From: Candidatus Altimarinota bacterium
GTDB lineage: Bacteria; Patescibacteriota; Gracilibacteria; 1-14-2-50-48-13
Assembly: GCA_046314355.1 (NCBI GenBank)
Contig: JBKBWQ010000001.1
Span: 864,001-928,000 of the forward strand
Reading direction: 5' to 3'
Length of the DNA stretch: 64,000 bases
In this document: positions 37,488-48,412 of the stretch, piece after piece
Layout of the letters: the number at the start of each line of letters is the position of its first letter
How positions within the stretch are numbered: position 1 is the first letter of the stretch
Notes under the pieces: generated by a model
What the model was told of the DNA's origin: nothing
What the model saw: only the letters and a program-made list of their open reading frames with translations
Databases searched by the model: none
Made by a program: the position numbers and the translations under genes

Positions 37488-40400
37488 TTACCGCTTGATA
37501 AACTCATCAAGCTTAGTCCTCAGATTATCCAGTATAATTCCCTGAATCTTCACGCGTCGTGCTTCCATATCAGCTGCGATCTGCTTTTCAGAATCACTGG
37601 CATTTGCAGAAAGTGCATGTATATAGATCCCTGCAATTTGAGCCATTATGAAGAGCTTGTGGTCAGTGAGTCCTCCCCCGAATCCATCTCCATTGAGATC
37701 GCCAGCTGCATCAAAATAGTATGGATCAATCACTATTGTCTCAACAATTTTTGAAGGCTGAATAGAAGTATTTGTTGTGACCGGTTCAATAATAAGTGTG
37801 TATGTTCCAAGCGGGAGCTTATTCTGAGTATTGTTGGTAGCAGCCTTTATGATATCTTCCCAGGTTACAGTGGATGTCTTTGGAAGAGTAGCAGAATAAT
37901 TAATTCCATTATCGCCTGTTATAGACGCTTGTACCTGAGTCACTGTTGGGTCATTTTGCCAAGGGATCGAGATCTCTTTTATAAGAGGATTTTGATTGAT
38001 CAGTGCCGCAGAATCTGCGTTTGGATCCTGAAGTATGGTAAAGGTCTCCGTATACGTATTTCCTGCAAAATCCTTAATGTACACCGTTAGTATGTTCAGA
38101 TGGTTTTGCGTCAAAGTAATATTTGTTTTTTGAAACTCATACTGCTTTGACTGATTTGGAACCTGAGTCATAGGCAATGATGAGACCACAGCCATACTTC
38201 CATTTTTAATAGTGACTACAGGTGCATATCCCCACTCGTCTTGGGCATTGATTGTTAAAGCTGCCAGACTTTTATTGGTAATATATTGTCCGTTTGAAGA
38301 TTTTTTGAGCAGAATTTCTGGAAGCGCGGCAAATACTCCATTTGTACCTTCATATATACCAATCATAGATTTACCTGACGTACTATTGGAAGGAAGCACT
38401 GTATCTTTCACGATAAGGTATGCCTTAGAAACAGTATTGCCTGTAGCATCAACTACTGCAATATTATAGGCTATTCTACCATTGGAGTCAGGGAGCGTAA
38501 TAGAAAGTGTCTGCGGTCCTGCAGGAATAGAAGTAAACATTGCAGATTCCGTACCGTTGACCATGACCTTCAGCGGAAAACTCTGCTCATTATAGGTATT
38601 GAAAGCAAAATGGTACTTTAATATAGGAGCATTCGTATAATATTCCTGAGTCTGAGCATCTTGAACGATAGTCTTCGAAGAATCAGCTGCAGAAAGCCCC
38701 AAAGTACCTTCCACAAGCGAAGGATAAATAAGGTCCTCAGTCACGGTAATCGTATTATTATATACTACGTCAGTATTATTTACAGTTACGGTAGCTTTTA
38801 CTGTATAAGTACCCTTTGGAGGCTGCGTGAGAGTAAGTGTCCCAGTAGTACCTGTAATAGTTTGCGGTAAAACCGTATAAGGCATAGGGAGTCCAGTTGG
38901 AGAAGTAACTTCCAATTTCACGCGTGCTGCAGCATTCGCTGGAGAGAGAGTATAAACAAGCGGCACAAGACCATTTACATCGGGAGATCCCTTTGTAAGG
39001 TTGAAGCCGTCTGCAATAGAAATATCCGACAAGCCAGGATTGATCATATCACTCACTGCAAAAACGAATGGTGAAGTTTTTCCTGTGAGACTAATATTAT
39101 TTAATGTAATAGTCCTTGAATTTGCCGTAGGAATAGTAGTCTCTTTTAACGCTTCAGTACCATCAAGCGTAATTCTCACAGGAGAAATATCGTTTACTGT
39201 AAAACTGAGTGTAAGATTCTGTTTATTATTGTTGAATGTATATTGTACATTTGATACTACGGGTGACTTTGTATCGATACGGGTCGGAATTGAAGCGACT
39301 GTAAATTCATTCCCAACGAGATCAGCAAATGTGAGAGATAAGGTTGTACTTGATCCTTCAGGAAAGCCTGGCAGCTGCGTAGAGTCTAGACGCCAATTAC
39401 CTGTCACAGTTCGATTTTCATTTTTGAAAAGCTGATTATCCAGAACGAGAGTAGCTTCTTTTCCGCTAGCATACTTTACCAGTACTCTATTTGAAATACC
39501 CGTATTATCACTGACTGCAAGAGATAAGGTAAGATCGTTCGATGCAGTAAGACCGGCAGGAAGTACCTGAGATACTGCTGTAGATGCGGTTGAAATTTTT
39601 CCTGGTGCAGAGGCATCATGCCAAATATTGATAGTCTGAGGGACACTCTCGTTTCCTGCTGCATCAATAAGAACAAAAGTAATTTTCCCTTCATAACTTC
39701 CTGATACAGTAAGTATGTCACTTACAGGTCCCGTACTTGAGTAGTCCTTTGCAAGGAGCATCTCCGCAGGTGTAACATAACTAAGTGGTCTCGGATCACC
39801 CGTGTATGCTCTAAAAGCAACCGTGCTGTCAGACGTACCGGAGCTACTGCCGATAGTAAAGGATACCGGCATACTTTGAGTTTTAGAGATTACCCAGTCT
39901 TTTCCATCAAGAGATTTTGTCGGAAGCCCAGGGAAAAGAATATTTCCTGAGAAAGATGGAGGTGTAACGTCAAAGGCAATATTAGTAAGCGTCTGAGCCG
40001 TATTGACATTACCGAGGATATCAATGGCTGTTGCTTTCGCACCATACACAAAAGTCGTACCATCTGCATGCTTCTTTGCAATATCAAAAATCACAAGTGT
40101 CGTTGGCCATTTGCCTGAAGCATCGGGTTTGATAATAATTTTTTTATTATCCGCCGGATCTAAAGTAATCTGCGAAGAACCGAAGAACTTTCCATTTACA
40201 TTAAGAGCAACGGAGCCCTCAAGAAGTTGGAATTCTATATGATCAATGGCAATAGTTCCGTCTCCAGCAGTAGCAGCATCTAGTACTTTTGGAAGCTGAA
40301 ATGTCAGTTTATTATTCGGGTTTGGCAGATCAGTTACCGAAACTGTCATTGTATCAGTAAAAAGTGGAGTATTCGGGTCTGAAGTATCCAGGATGATACC

Positions 40401-43400
40401 TGCAGCTTTCACGGCAGAGCAGTTTCCTGCGGCATCACAGAGTTGAGCATAAATGGTTTTTGGACCATCACCTGAAAGAAGAGTCCATGTAAGATTCTCA
40501 TTACAAGACGTAGCCACAGGAGTAAGTGAAGCAGCTGTATTCCCTATTTTACATGAAGCAATATCGATATCTGGCGTTGTTATTTTTACTATCACATCTC
40601 TCGTCGCAGTAGATGTGGCACCATTATTTATACTTACCGTATTTATCACTGGAGCTGCAGTATCAATATTTATTGTATAGACCTGTCCGACGTTTGCACT
40701 AGAAAGTCCTGAAGCATCTACTGCCCGTGCACAAATCTTAGTTGGTTTATCAAAGACCGGGAGCGTAAGAGTATTGGATACGCTAGTTGCAGTATATGAA
40801 GATGTAGCTGTACAAACTGGATCAGGGCTAGAAGCAAGCACGTAGGTAGCTTGTACTCTACATCCTGGATTACTATCAGTACATGTAAGCACTGTAGTGA
40901 CAGGAGTATTTCTCCAAGCCGCCGTGGGTGCACCTGCTGTTCCATTTAATGCCCAGGTAAGTACTGGAGCAGTATTATCCACTACAATCTGTGCAGTTTT
41001 GACCACAGGGTTCCCTGCTCGATCCATATGAGTTATACTCAGATTATTTAATCCTGACTGAAGCGGTACAGTTACGGTACTACCTAGAAAGCTGACAGGT
41101 GTTCCGCTATTTATGATATAGCTGCTTCCATTTGCGTATTCTCCAGAGCCCCCTGTATCTGTGAAGGTGGATTTGACAGTTACTGAACTTGAAGAAGTCG
41201 TTGGTTTACCATTGATGAGCGGCAGTTCCTTTGCTGGTTCTTCTATTCCTATCTGTGAAGTGAGAGTTGAGTTGAGCGTGAAGAGATCTATGGTAGGAGC
41301 AGTAGTATCTAGTATGACCGAAAGTGCATTTGATGTAGCTACAGTGGCACCTGTTGAAGGTTTGAAAAGAGCAGCAGAAAGAGTATACGTACCTTGAGTT
41401 GTTAGTCCCAATGATGCAAGAAATCCGTTTGCACCTGGATTACTGAAAGTACTGCCGGCAACACCTCCCACGAATGCCCTTATAGAGTATGCGCTGAAAT
41501 TTGTAGTACCGTACTGCATCTTAAGGTTGGTATCATTAGAGTACCATTGTCCTCCAATCTCATTTACTGTTTTACCAGCTGTATTTGCTGCAAAGCCCAT
41601 GACTGTAATCGTTGGCTGATTATTAACCGTAAGTGTGACACCATCACTTACGACGGATCCCACAGAATTTATAACTGTACAGGTATATGTATACGCTCCA
41701 TCTGCCAATGTAGTTACCGGAATAGTATAGCCTGCAGCAGTAGCTCCAGGTATATCTACACCATTTCTTTTCCATTGGTACGTAGCGGCAGTTGGACTAG
41801 TAGCCGAGATACTAAATGTAGCACTCTCACCTACAATAACTGTAGCGTTTGCCGGCTGCGCACTAATAGTAGGAAGTGAGTTATCAACGGTAAAAATAAC
41901 AGAACTCGAAGTAGTAGTAAGACCTAAGCCGTCAGTGGCGATAGCTGATACTGTATGCGTACCTTTAGTCGCAGTGGATGCATTCCATACCATTTGGTAC
42001 GGACTTACTGTATCCGGTACACCAATATTTGCTCCATCAACCAGAAACTGTACTCCCGCAACTCCTGCATTATTATCAGTAGCAAGTGCGGAAATAGTTA
42101 CTGCAGGTCCACCAACTGTAGCAAGTGCTGCAGGAGAAATCATGGAAACTACCGGCGACGTAGGATCATACTCAATAGTGATATATGCCTTTGAAGCGTT
42201 ACCTGCGATATCTTCTCCAGTAAGTTCAAATTCATTACTGCCAAGGCTTAGATTATTTACTGGAGTAAAGCTTGTCAGAGTAGTGTGAGCAGTACCTCCA
42301 GGTTCTTTGACCATTACTTTTGAAGTATTGAGACCAGAACCGTTTGTTTCTTCAGTTAACGCAAACTGCAGCTGCGGCTTCGGATCATTTGTATATAATT
42401 TTGCATTATATGTTTTAAATAGTTTTCCTGCTGCCACACTTCCGATCCCCTGAGCTGAATACACAGGAGCTTTTGTATCTATCTGTACTGTAATCGTATT
42501 ACTCGTAGCAAGTACCTCTCCAAGGACATTCACAACTTTTAATGTAAGCGCATGAGTACCATCACTTAAGGCAGTGTATCCTCCGAGTGTACCACTGCTT
42601 CCAGGAGCAGCAAAGGTCTTGACCAAAGTAGTACCGTCAAAGAGCTGAATAGAATTTGTACCAGCTTTTTGAGTTGAAAATTGTATAGTGGGCTTATTAT
42701 CATTACTTAAATACTGGCTTCCAGTATTTACTACTTTCTTTCCGGAAGTTCCAGCACCGAGACCAATACTTGTAATTGTTGGTGCGATATTGATCGTACG
42801 AGGTGTACCATATCCTCCCCATGTTTTTCCAGTACCAAATTCTACTTTTCCTGAAATTACTTCCAGAGATAGATCATCAACAACAATTTCATCTGACCAG
42901 GCTCCCTCATTCCCGACAGATACAGCTATCTGACCAACAGTTGATCTTGGATCATCTGCTTTTGTAAGAGTACCTTCTACTTCTACCAGCTTCCATCCAT
43001 CAGCTTTAGAAAGGGTCACTCTTGTGCCGAAATCCTCATGTGCAGGATCTCCAGCAGGCACAGGATGAGGATTGAATCCAAATCCCAAGTAAAAAGAAGT
43101 TGGAGTATCACTATTATTTCTTGCCCATACACTTGCTTTATAAACATTTCCTCTTTGAAGATTTTTTACATTACCTAGTACCGTTTCTGTATATTTATTC
43201 AAAAGATCAGGAAGTCTCACTCCATAGCTGCCGCTATTTCCTGGACGTGCCTGCAATATTGCTCTTTCAGCAGCAGTTTCTCCATAACGGTACATATAGT
43301 TTGCCGGCTGACCACCCGCCCACATCGTATACGTGGTTGGATAAGCACTTGACCATTGTGGTAAGTAGTTACCAAGCCATTGTTCAAAGTCGGAATTCCA

Positions 43401-44870
43401 CAAAAGATTATTTGCACTGCTGGGCGCAGGTGGATTACTGACCGTGAGCAGCGCGTTGGCACTTGTGACAGAGCCAAGAGTATTACTGACAGTGACAGAA
43501 TAAAGAATTCCATCATCTGCAATAACAGTTGAAGGAATAGTATATGTAGAAGATACTGCCCCATTAATAGTTGCACCGCCTTTTTTCCATTGGTAAGAGA
43601 GATTTGTACCGGTAGCACTCACGCTGAATGCCGCGGGCTGTCCAGTGGTCACAGAAATATTTGCAGGCTGTACCAAAATAGTCGGTGCAACGACATTAGG
43701 ATTTACCGTAAGATATGCAGGCTGTGTACTAGTCACTATTTTAGGAGCTACTCCACCAAGTGTACCTACATTATTCCAAATCTTTACATGATAATAAGTC
43801 CCGCTGTCCGCAGGTGTTGTCGGAGGTGTTTGATATGAGGAAGTGTTTGCACCCTGTATATCTACTCCGTTACGCGTCCACTGATAAAAGTATGGTCCTG
43901 TACCGCTCGCAGCTGCAGTAAACGTAGCTCTTTGCCCCTCATTTACCGTTGTATTCGCAGGCTGCTGACTCACGGAAGCGTACTGATTATTTACACTCAC
44001 AGTTACAGAATTAGCAGAAGAAGCTGCTATCACGCTTCCATTGAGATCCCATGCCTTGGCGCTCAATGTATACGAAGTGACGCCATTAGGAAGTACAGTT
44101 GTATCCCAGCTTTCATTATATCCTGAAGTCCAGTTGTTGTTTCCTCCACCTGCTCCACCATTATAAAAGTATTGTACAAGACCTACCTGACTCTGATTTG
44201 TCACAGAACTCGTCATAGTTACAATCCCAGAGACAGTCTGACCATTTGCCGGGCTAGTTATGGTTACCATGGGTGTCACAGCAGGAGTAGTAAATCCTCC
44301 GCTTCCGATCAAAGATGTGCTGTATCCATTCGTTCCTGGAGGAGGATTACAATAGAATGCCGCTGTTGATCCTGGCGCACAAGTTACCTGTTCTGAAGGA
44401 CCAATAAGACGGTCTACCGTATAGATTGAGTAAGTATAAGTAGTATTAGACTTTAGACCAGTAAGCTGTACTGATTCATAAAGGTAGTTAGAAGTCGTAG
44501 TAGATGAAGTAGTCACATCATGAGAAACCACTCGCCCCACAGAGAGTTTATCCGAAGTATTGGAAGAATAGACCACTACATATCCCTGTTTAGTACTTCT
44601 CCAGTCCCGGTTGATGATTCCTTCATTAATTTCCCACTGTACGATACCTGCACTAGGGCTGGATATATACCACTCACCGCATATATTTCTGACAAAACTT
44701 GTGCTTGTACCTCCTGGGTTAGCACATACTGCCATAGCTCTCGGCAGCATCTCAAATACACTCTCCGGAATACTCTGCATAAAGAGTCCCACAAGTAATA
44801 TACTTGCAGTCAGCCGTTTTATTTTTTGAGTAAAAGTCTTCATGGTATGGATTTTTATATGTGTATTCAT
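37488..44870 (-). CDS. Giant (2460 aa) secreted Ig-repeat protein with a CBM-like domain and a C-terminal dockerin-like motif
   Basis: Signal peptide; I-set-like QP...V..G..ATF...YQW..NG.DI.GA...Y; Big-type V.ITSP..G; CBM4/9-like NLL.NSDFE; DTxAP repeats; C-terminal GDLNGDG...D; no SLH domain. Confidence 0.85.
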   Translation of the reverse strand: MNTHIKIHTMKTFTQKIKRLTASILLVGLFMQSIPESVFEMLPRAMAVCANPGGTSTSFVRNICGEWYISSPSAGIVQWEINEGIINRDWRSTKQGYVVVYSSNTSDKLSVGRVVSHDVTTSSTTTSNYLYESVQLTGLKSNTTYTYSIYTVDRLIGPSEQVTCAPGSTAAFYCNPPPGTNGYSTSLIGSGGFTTPAVTPMVTITSPANGQTVSGIVTMTSSVTNQSQVGLVQYFYNGGAGGGNNNWTSGYNESWDTTVLPNGVTSYTLSAKAWDLNGSVIAASSANSVTVSVNNQYASVSQQPANTTVNEGQRATFTAAASGTGPYFYQWTRNGVDIQGANTSSYQTPPTTPADSGTYYHVKIWNNVGTLGGVAPKIVTSTQPAYLTVNPNVVAPTILVQPANISVTTGQPAAFSVSATGTNLSYQWKKGGATINGAVSSTYTIPSTVIADDGILYSVTVSNTLGSVTSANALLTVSNPPAPSSANNLLWNSDFEQWLGNYLPQWSSAYPTTYTMWAGGQPANYMYRYGETAAERAILQARPGNSGSYGVRLPDLLNKYTETVLGNVKNLQRGNVYKASVWARNNSDTPTSFYLGFGFNPHPVPAGDPAHEDFGTRVTLSKADGWKLVEVEGTLTKADDPRSTVGQIAVSVGNEGAWSDEIVVDDLSLEVISGKVEFGTGKTWGGYGTPRTINIAPTITSIGLGAGTSGKKVVNTGSQYLSNDNKPTIQFSTQKAGTNSIQLFDGTTLVKTFAAPGSSGTLGGYTALSDGTHALTLKVVNVLGEVLATSNTITVQIDTKAPVYSAQGIGSVAAGKLFKTYNAKLYTNDPKPQLQFALTEETNGSGLNTSKVMVKEPGGTAHTTLTSFTPVNNLSLGSNEFELTGEDIAGNASKAYITIEYDPTSPVVSMISPAALATVGGPAVTISALATDNNAGVAGVQFLVDGANIGVPDTVSPYQMVWNASTATKGTHTVSAIATDGLGLTTTSSSVIFTVDNSLPTISAQPANATVIVGESATFSISATSPTAATYQWKRNGVDIPGATAAGYTIPVTTLADGAYTYTCTVINSVGSVVSDGVTLTVNNQPTITVMGFAANTAGKTVNEIGGQWYSNDTNLKMQYGTTNFSAYSIRAFVGGVAGSTFSNPGANGFLASLGLTTQGTYTLSAALFKPSTGATVATSNALSVILDTTAPTIDLFTLNSTLTSQIGIEEPAKELPLINGKPTTSSSSVTVKSTFTDTGGSGEYANGSSYIINSGTPVSFLGSTVTVPLQSGLNNLSITHMDRAGNPVVKTAQIVVDNTAPVLTWALNGTAGAPTAAWRNTPVTTVLTCTDSNPGCRVQATYVLASSPDPVCTATSSYTATSVSNTLTLPVFDKPTKICARAVDASGLSSANVGQVYTINIDTAAPVINTVSINNGATSTATRDVIVKITTPDIDIASCKIGNTAASLTPVATSCNENLTWTLLSGDGPKTIYAQLCDAAGNCSAVKAAGIILDTSDPNTPLFTDTMTVSVTDLPNPNNKLTFQLPKVLDAATAGDGTIAIDHIEFQLLEGSVALNVNGKFFGSSQITLDPADNKKIIIKPDASGKWPTTLVIFDIAKKHADGTTFVYGAKATAIDILGNVNTAQTLTNIAFDVTPPSFSGNILFPGLPTKSLDGKDWVISKTQSMPVSFTIGSSSGTSDSTVAFRAYTGDPRPLSYVTPAEMLLAKDYSSTGPVSDILTVSGSYEGKITFVLIDAAGNESVPQTINIWHDASAPGKISTASTAVSQVLPAGLTASNDLTLSLAVSDNTGISNRVLVKYASGKEATLVLDNQLFKNENRTVTGNWRLDSTQLPGFPEGSSTTLSLTFADLVGNEFTVASIPTRIDTKSPVVSNVQYTFNNNKQNLTLSFTVNDISPVRITLDGTEALKETTIPTANSRTITLNNISLTGKTSPFVFAVSDMINPGLSDISIADGFNLTKGSPDVNGLVPLVYTLSPANAAARVKLEVTSPTGLPMPYTVLPQTITGTTGTLTLTQPPKGTYTVKATVTVNNTDVVYNNTITVTEDLIYPSLVEGTLGLSAADSSKTIVQDAQTQEYYTNAPILKYHFAFNTYNEQSFPLKVMVNGTESAMFTSIPAGPQTLSITLPDSNGRIAYNIAVVDATGNTVSKAYLIVKDTVLPSNSTSGKSMIGIYEGTNGVFAALPEILLKKSSNGQYITNKSLAALTINAQDEWGYAPVVTIKNGSMAVVSSLPMTQVPNQSKQYEFQKTNITLTQNHLNILTVYIKDFAGNTYTETFTILQDPNADSAALINQNPLIKEISIPWQNDPTVTQVQASITGDNGINYSATLPKTSTVTWEDIIKAATNNTQNKLPLGTYTLIIEPVTTNTSIQPSKIVETIVIDPYYFDAAGDLNGDGFGGGLTDHKLFIMAQIAGIYIHALSANASDSEKQIAADMEARRVKIQGIILDNLRTKLDEFIKR

Positions 44871-44874
44871 TATT

Positions 44875-47271
44875 TTAGTCAGTTATGGAAGTATCGAGTA
44901 TCTCCATCATTATCTTTACTGCTTCCGCACGGGTGATGTATTGAGCAGGCTTAAAGAACACTAATCCGTTTTCTTTATATCCTTCTACTACTCCCTTATT
45001 TTTTGCATATCCGAGATAAGGCGCATACCAGGCAGATGTATTTGTATCCGAGAACCTGCTGAAATTTGCAAAGTTCTTTGTATCAATATTTCCTGCTCCT
45101 ACCATGATCTTCAGAGCCTCAGCACGGTTGATAAGTGCATTTGGTCTAAAGTTTCCATCTGGATAACCATTAATCATTTTTACTAGTTTTGCTGTTGCTA
45201 CATAAGACGCATGCCAGTCCTGAAGGTTTACATCTCTGAATGGTTTTTCAGTGATGTTTTCTATGATCTTCTTTTTGAAGGCATTTACTGCAACCTTTGT
45301 AAGTTCAGCTCTTGTTATTAATCCGTTCGGCTGGAATACTCCCGGCACTTTTCCATCAATGATACAAGCTAGACGTGCTTTTTCTATATAGTTCTCCGCC
45401 CAATGTCTTTGAATATCCTTAAATACAGCAGCAGGAGTACATACCGAAGCCGATGGTTTAGTTCCTGATACTACAGTAACTTTTCCATCTGAGTATCCGC
45501 CACCACCACCTTTGTAGAGATTTGGCGCAACTGGGACTATACCTCCTTCATAAGTACCCAGTAGTGCATATCTTCCAGGTTTTGCACCAAAAAATACATA
45601 TTTGCCCGACTGTGACTGAATAATGCTTTCACGAGGAATTGCTATCCATTTTCCAGACTGCGGATCAAGATACATAGGTGTCACTTCCAGACGCTTTTTC
45701 CCATTATGTGCTGCTGTAGCTGCATCATCATAGAGTATGGTAATCTCCACAGGTTTTAAAAATACAGTACTTACCTGACCCGTATTCTTATCCTGAGCAC
45801 TGATATCATATCCGTCAGAGACAAAATATCTATTTGCACCATCCATCTGACCTAACATAGCAACTTTAGAGAGTGTCAGACCAATATTCAAAGGTACCGT
45901 TCCTCTTGGTACAAAAACACTAATATTCCCATTATCATTTGTAAGTGTAATATCAGGACCAAAGTTGATCTCATCTTTGATCACTACTATTTTCAATAAT
46001 TTTCCTGCCGCATCGTAGTATCTATCTTCTATGTACTGTTTGTTCTGAGCATTCGTATATTCTGAATGTACGATATATGATCCATCAGTACTATAGGTAA
46101 TAGTTTCTTTAAGCGTAGATGTGTCTGGATACGTGATATGGTGCTTTACAAGCTTGCCTCCCTTATACCACCATTCTTCCACGGTAGCTCTTCCGCCAGT
46201 ATCATACGTAGTGATCCTTTCATATCTATCCCCATTCGGCAGTATTTCTAGAAAACGAATTTCCCTGCCCTGACTATCAAAGTATTGTTCCGTTATCCTG
46301 CCGTCTGCATATTTATGAATAATTAATACAATATTTCCATCTGCATCATAATAAGTTTCAGTGATATTACCCTTCATATCATTTTCGATGATCAGCTTCG
46401 TACCATCAGGGTATTCAATAAGATGTATAGTTTTCGTAGTAATTCCGTTTGGATCCTTATAGGTCTCAAGTGTGTGATCCACATCTTTTCCTTCCTGATC
46501 TTTCTCAGTCCATTTTTCTATTATAAGCTGTGAGCCGTCAGAGAACGTTCTCGTCTCTTTGAGCACAGTTCCTGAATTTGTAGAGTTAATTGTCTCATTC
46601 TTGATCTGCAGTCCTGTCGTTACTATTGGAAGCGGCTTTGATACAAAGTTGCTCTGAGTACCTCCTGTATTTGCGAGATAAAAATGCGTTGTTCCTCTAA
46701 TAGGTGGATTATTGAGGAAGTGAATTGATTTAAGAGATACATTTGTCTGCACCTGTCTTGATGTTGGTACAAAATTTATCTCAGCAACTTTTTCTTTTGC
46801 ATATCCAAAATACGCTGTTTTATCCAGGGAAAAACTGATCACACCTATCTCTTGTCCATTTGAGTTTTTTACAACATTCGTCACTACAGTATCAGGCTTA
46901 TTCCCCGCTATAGGTAAGATTCTATTATTTGAAGCGCTTAAAAGAGCAGGATCATATTGGATCAATCCGCTTAGAGAATTTACGGGAAGACCGCCTCCCA
47001 GAGCATAGACATTGACGGTTACTTCCCCAAATTCATTTAAATTATTATCAGTTTCAAGGACACTGCCAGTGCCTGCCACAACTATATTCCCTGAACCCGT
47101 TGTTTGTATCCCGCCTAAATAAAGACCTTTTTCCTGCGAAATAGTATCAGCTCCGAAGAGATCACTACGCAGGAAATTTCCAAGAGGTGTAAAGTACAGG
47201 AGCAGAGAAGCAGATATAGCGATCACTAGACCCAGCATACCATATGCTTTGTGTTTTTTTGAAACGTACAT
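44875..47271 (-). CDS. SLH-anchored protein with an N-terminal cohesin-like domain and YD-like beta-hairpin repeats
   Basis: N-terminal TM; VTVNV...VNSLSGLIQYDPALL...GVISFS...VAEINF; YYDADG/YFDSQG/YDTGG/YYDAAG repeats; three SLH (ITRAEL, INRAEA, ITRAEA). Confidence 0.82.
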   Translation of the reverse strand: MYVSKKHKAYGMLGLVIAISASLLLYFTPLGNFLRSDLFGADTISQEKGLYLGGIQTTGSGNIVVAGTGSVLETDNNLNEFGEVTVNVYALGGGLPVNSLSGLIQYDPALLSASNNRILPIAGNKPDTVVTNVVKNSNGQEIGVISFSLDKTAYFGYAKEKVAEINFVPTSRQVQTNVSLKSIHFLNNPPIRGTTHFYLANTGGTQSNFVSKPLPIVTTGLQIKNETINSTNSGTVLKETRTFSDGSQLIIEKWTEKDQEGKDVDHTLETYKDPNGITTKTIHLIEYPDGTKLIIENDMKGNITETYYDADGNIVLIIHKYADGRITEQYFDSQGREIRFLEILPNGDRYERITTYDTGGRATVEEWWYKGGKLVKHHITYPDTSTLKETITYSTDGSYIVHSEYTNAQNKQYIEDRYYDAAGKLLKIVVIKDEINFGPDITLTNDNGNISVFVPRGTVPLNIGLTLSKVAMLGQMDGANRYFVSDGYDISAQDKNTGQVSTVFLKPVEITILYDDAATAAHNGKKRLEVTPMYLDPQSGKWIAIPRESIIQSQSGKYVFFGAKPGRYALLGTYEGGIVPVAPNLYKGGGGGYSDGKVTVVSGTKPSASVCTPAAVFKDIQRHWAENYIEKARLACIIDGKVPGVFQPNGLITRAELTKVAVNAFKKKIIENITEKPFRDVNLQDWHASYVATAKLVKMINGYPDGNFRPNALINRAEALKIMVGAGNIDTKNFANFSRFSDTNTSAWYAPYLGYAKNKGVVEGYKENGLVFFKPAQYITRAEAVKIMMEILDTSITD

Positions 47272-47342
47272 ACAAGAGGGATGAGTATTTGGAGGTATTC
47301 CTCTGATTATACCACACCAGACTCATTTTTAGCAAAATCCCC

Positions 47343-48251
47343 CTAGAACTCCTCCTGGATCAATTGATTATTGATAAGTACACCTGCCTGATTTCCTGAA
47401 GCCATACTCACTACCACCGCCCGGAAAGATGCGGTATTATCCCCTGCGCCATAGACACCCTTTACGGTAGTCTCCTGCTGCTCATTTACTTGAAGCTGAT
47501 TTTCCTTAGTGAGCATGCAGCCGAGCTTCTCGGGCAGATCTGTACTTTGTACAGTTACTGGAGCAGAAAAGAGAAAATTAATCTCATCACTTGTACCATC
47601 TTCAAACACAATACGTTCAAGCATACCGTCAGTATGTTCAAACTTCACTACTTTTTTTTCACACATAAATATCCCTTTGTCTCTGAGTTTTTCTAGTTCC
47701 TCAGGTGCAAGGTATGCAGCTTCATTTGTGTAAAATCTTAGATCCGGTGCCCAATGATGAATGAGCCGCACAAAGGCAAAAGCTTTTGGTCCGTTTGAAA
47801 GTACTCCGACCTTCTGCCCTCTTGTTTCATACCCATGACAATAAGGACAATGCACAATAGATTTCCCCCAACATTCCCGGTAGCCTTCTATTTCAGGCAG
47901 CTCATCTTTCAATCCTGAAGCAAAAAGTATTTTTCTACACTCAATCCTTTCACCTGAATGAAGATATACTACAAATTTTCCATCTTCACCCTTGATGTCA
48001 TCTACCATATCACAGACCTGCTCTATAGTTTCGTATTGTAAGACATTTTTTAAAGCTGTTTTTCTTATACCATCCGGAGCTTCGCCGTCCTGAGTAATGA
48101 TATTATGAGCTTCTTTTACTCCTTTATTACAGGGCTTACCTGCATCTATGATCAGTACATCTCTCATGGATCTGCCGAGAGACATAGCAGCAGAGAGTCC
48201 AGCAAAGCTTCCCCCAATAATGACAACATCATATTTTGCTTTCTTTACCAT
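47343..48251 (-). CDS. Thioredoxin-reductase-like NAD(P)/FAD oxidoreductase
   Basis: IIGGSFAGLSAA, HCPYCHGYE, GVYGAGD. Confidence 0.92.
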   Translation of the reverse strand: MVKKAKYDVVIIGGSFAGLSAAMSLGRSMRDVLIIDAGKPCNKGVKEAHNIITQDGEAPDGIRKTALKNVLQYETIEQVCDMVDDIKGEDGKFVVYLHSGERIECRKILFASGLKDELPEIEGYRECWGKSIVHCPYCHGYETRGQKVGVLSNGPKAFAFVRLIHHWAPDLRFYTNEAAYLAPEELEKLRDKGIFMCEKKVVKFEHTDGMLERIVFEDGTSDEINFLFSAPVTVQSTDLPEKLGCMLTKENQLQVNEQQETTVKGVYGAGDNTASFRAVVVSMASGNQAGVLINNQLIQEEF

Positions 48252-48412
48252 GTTTCAACTGTTAGGAAAATAAGAGTATCCATTATCTTAAAACATCAAT
48301 GCAAATATGCAAATAATTCATCCTGCTACATTATAAATCTCTTGGCTGCTTGCAATAATTTTCCTAAAGAATATACTTTCTTATTGTCTCTATTTACTGA
48401 CTTTCTTCCATT

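Noticed and set aside
44875-47271. RHS toxin
   Set aside because: The YD-like tract is short, there is no PxxxxDPxG core, and the C-terminus is SLH.
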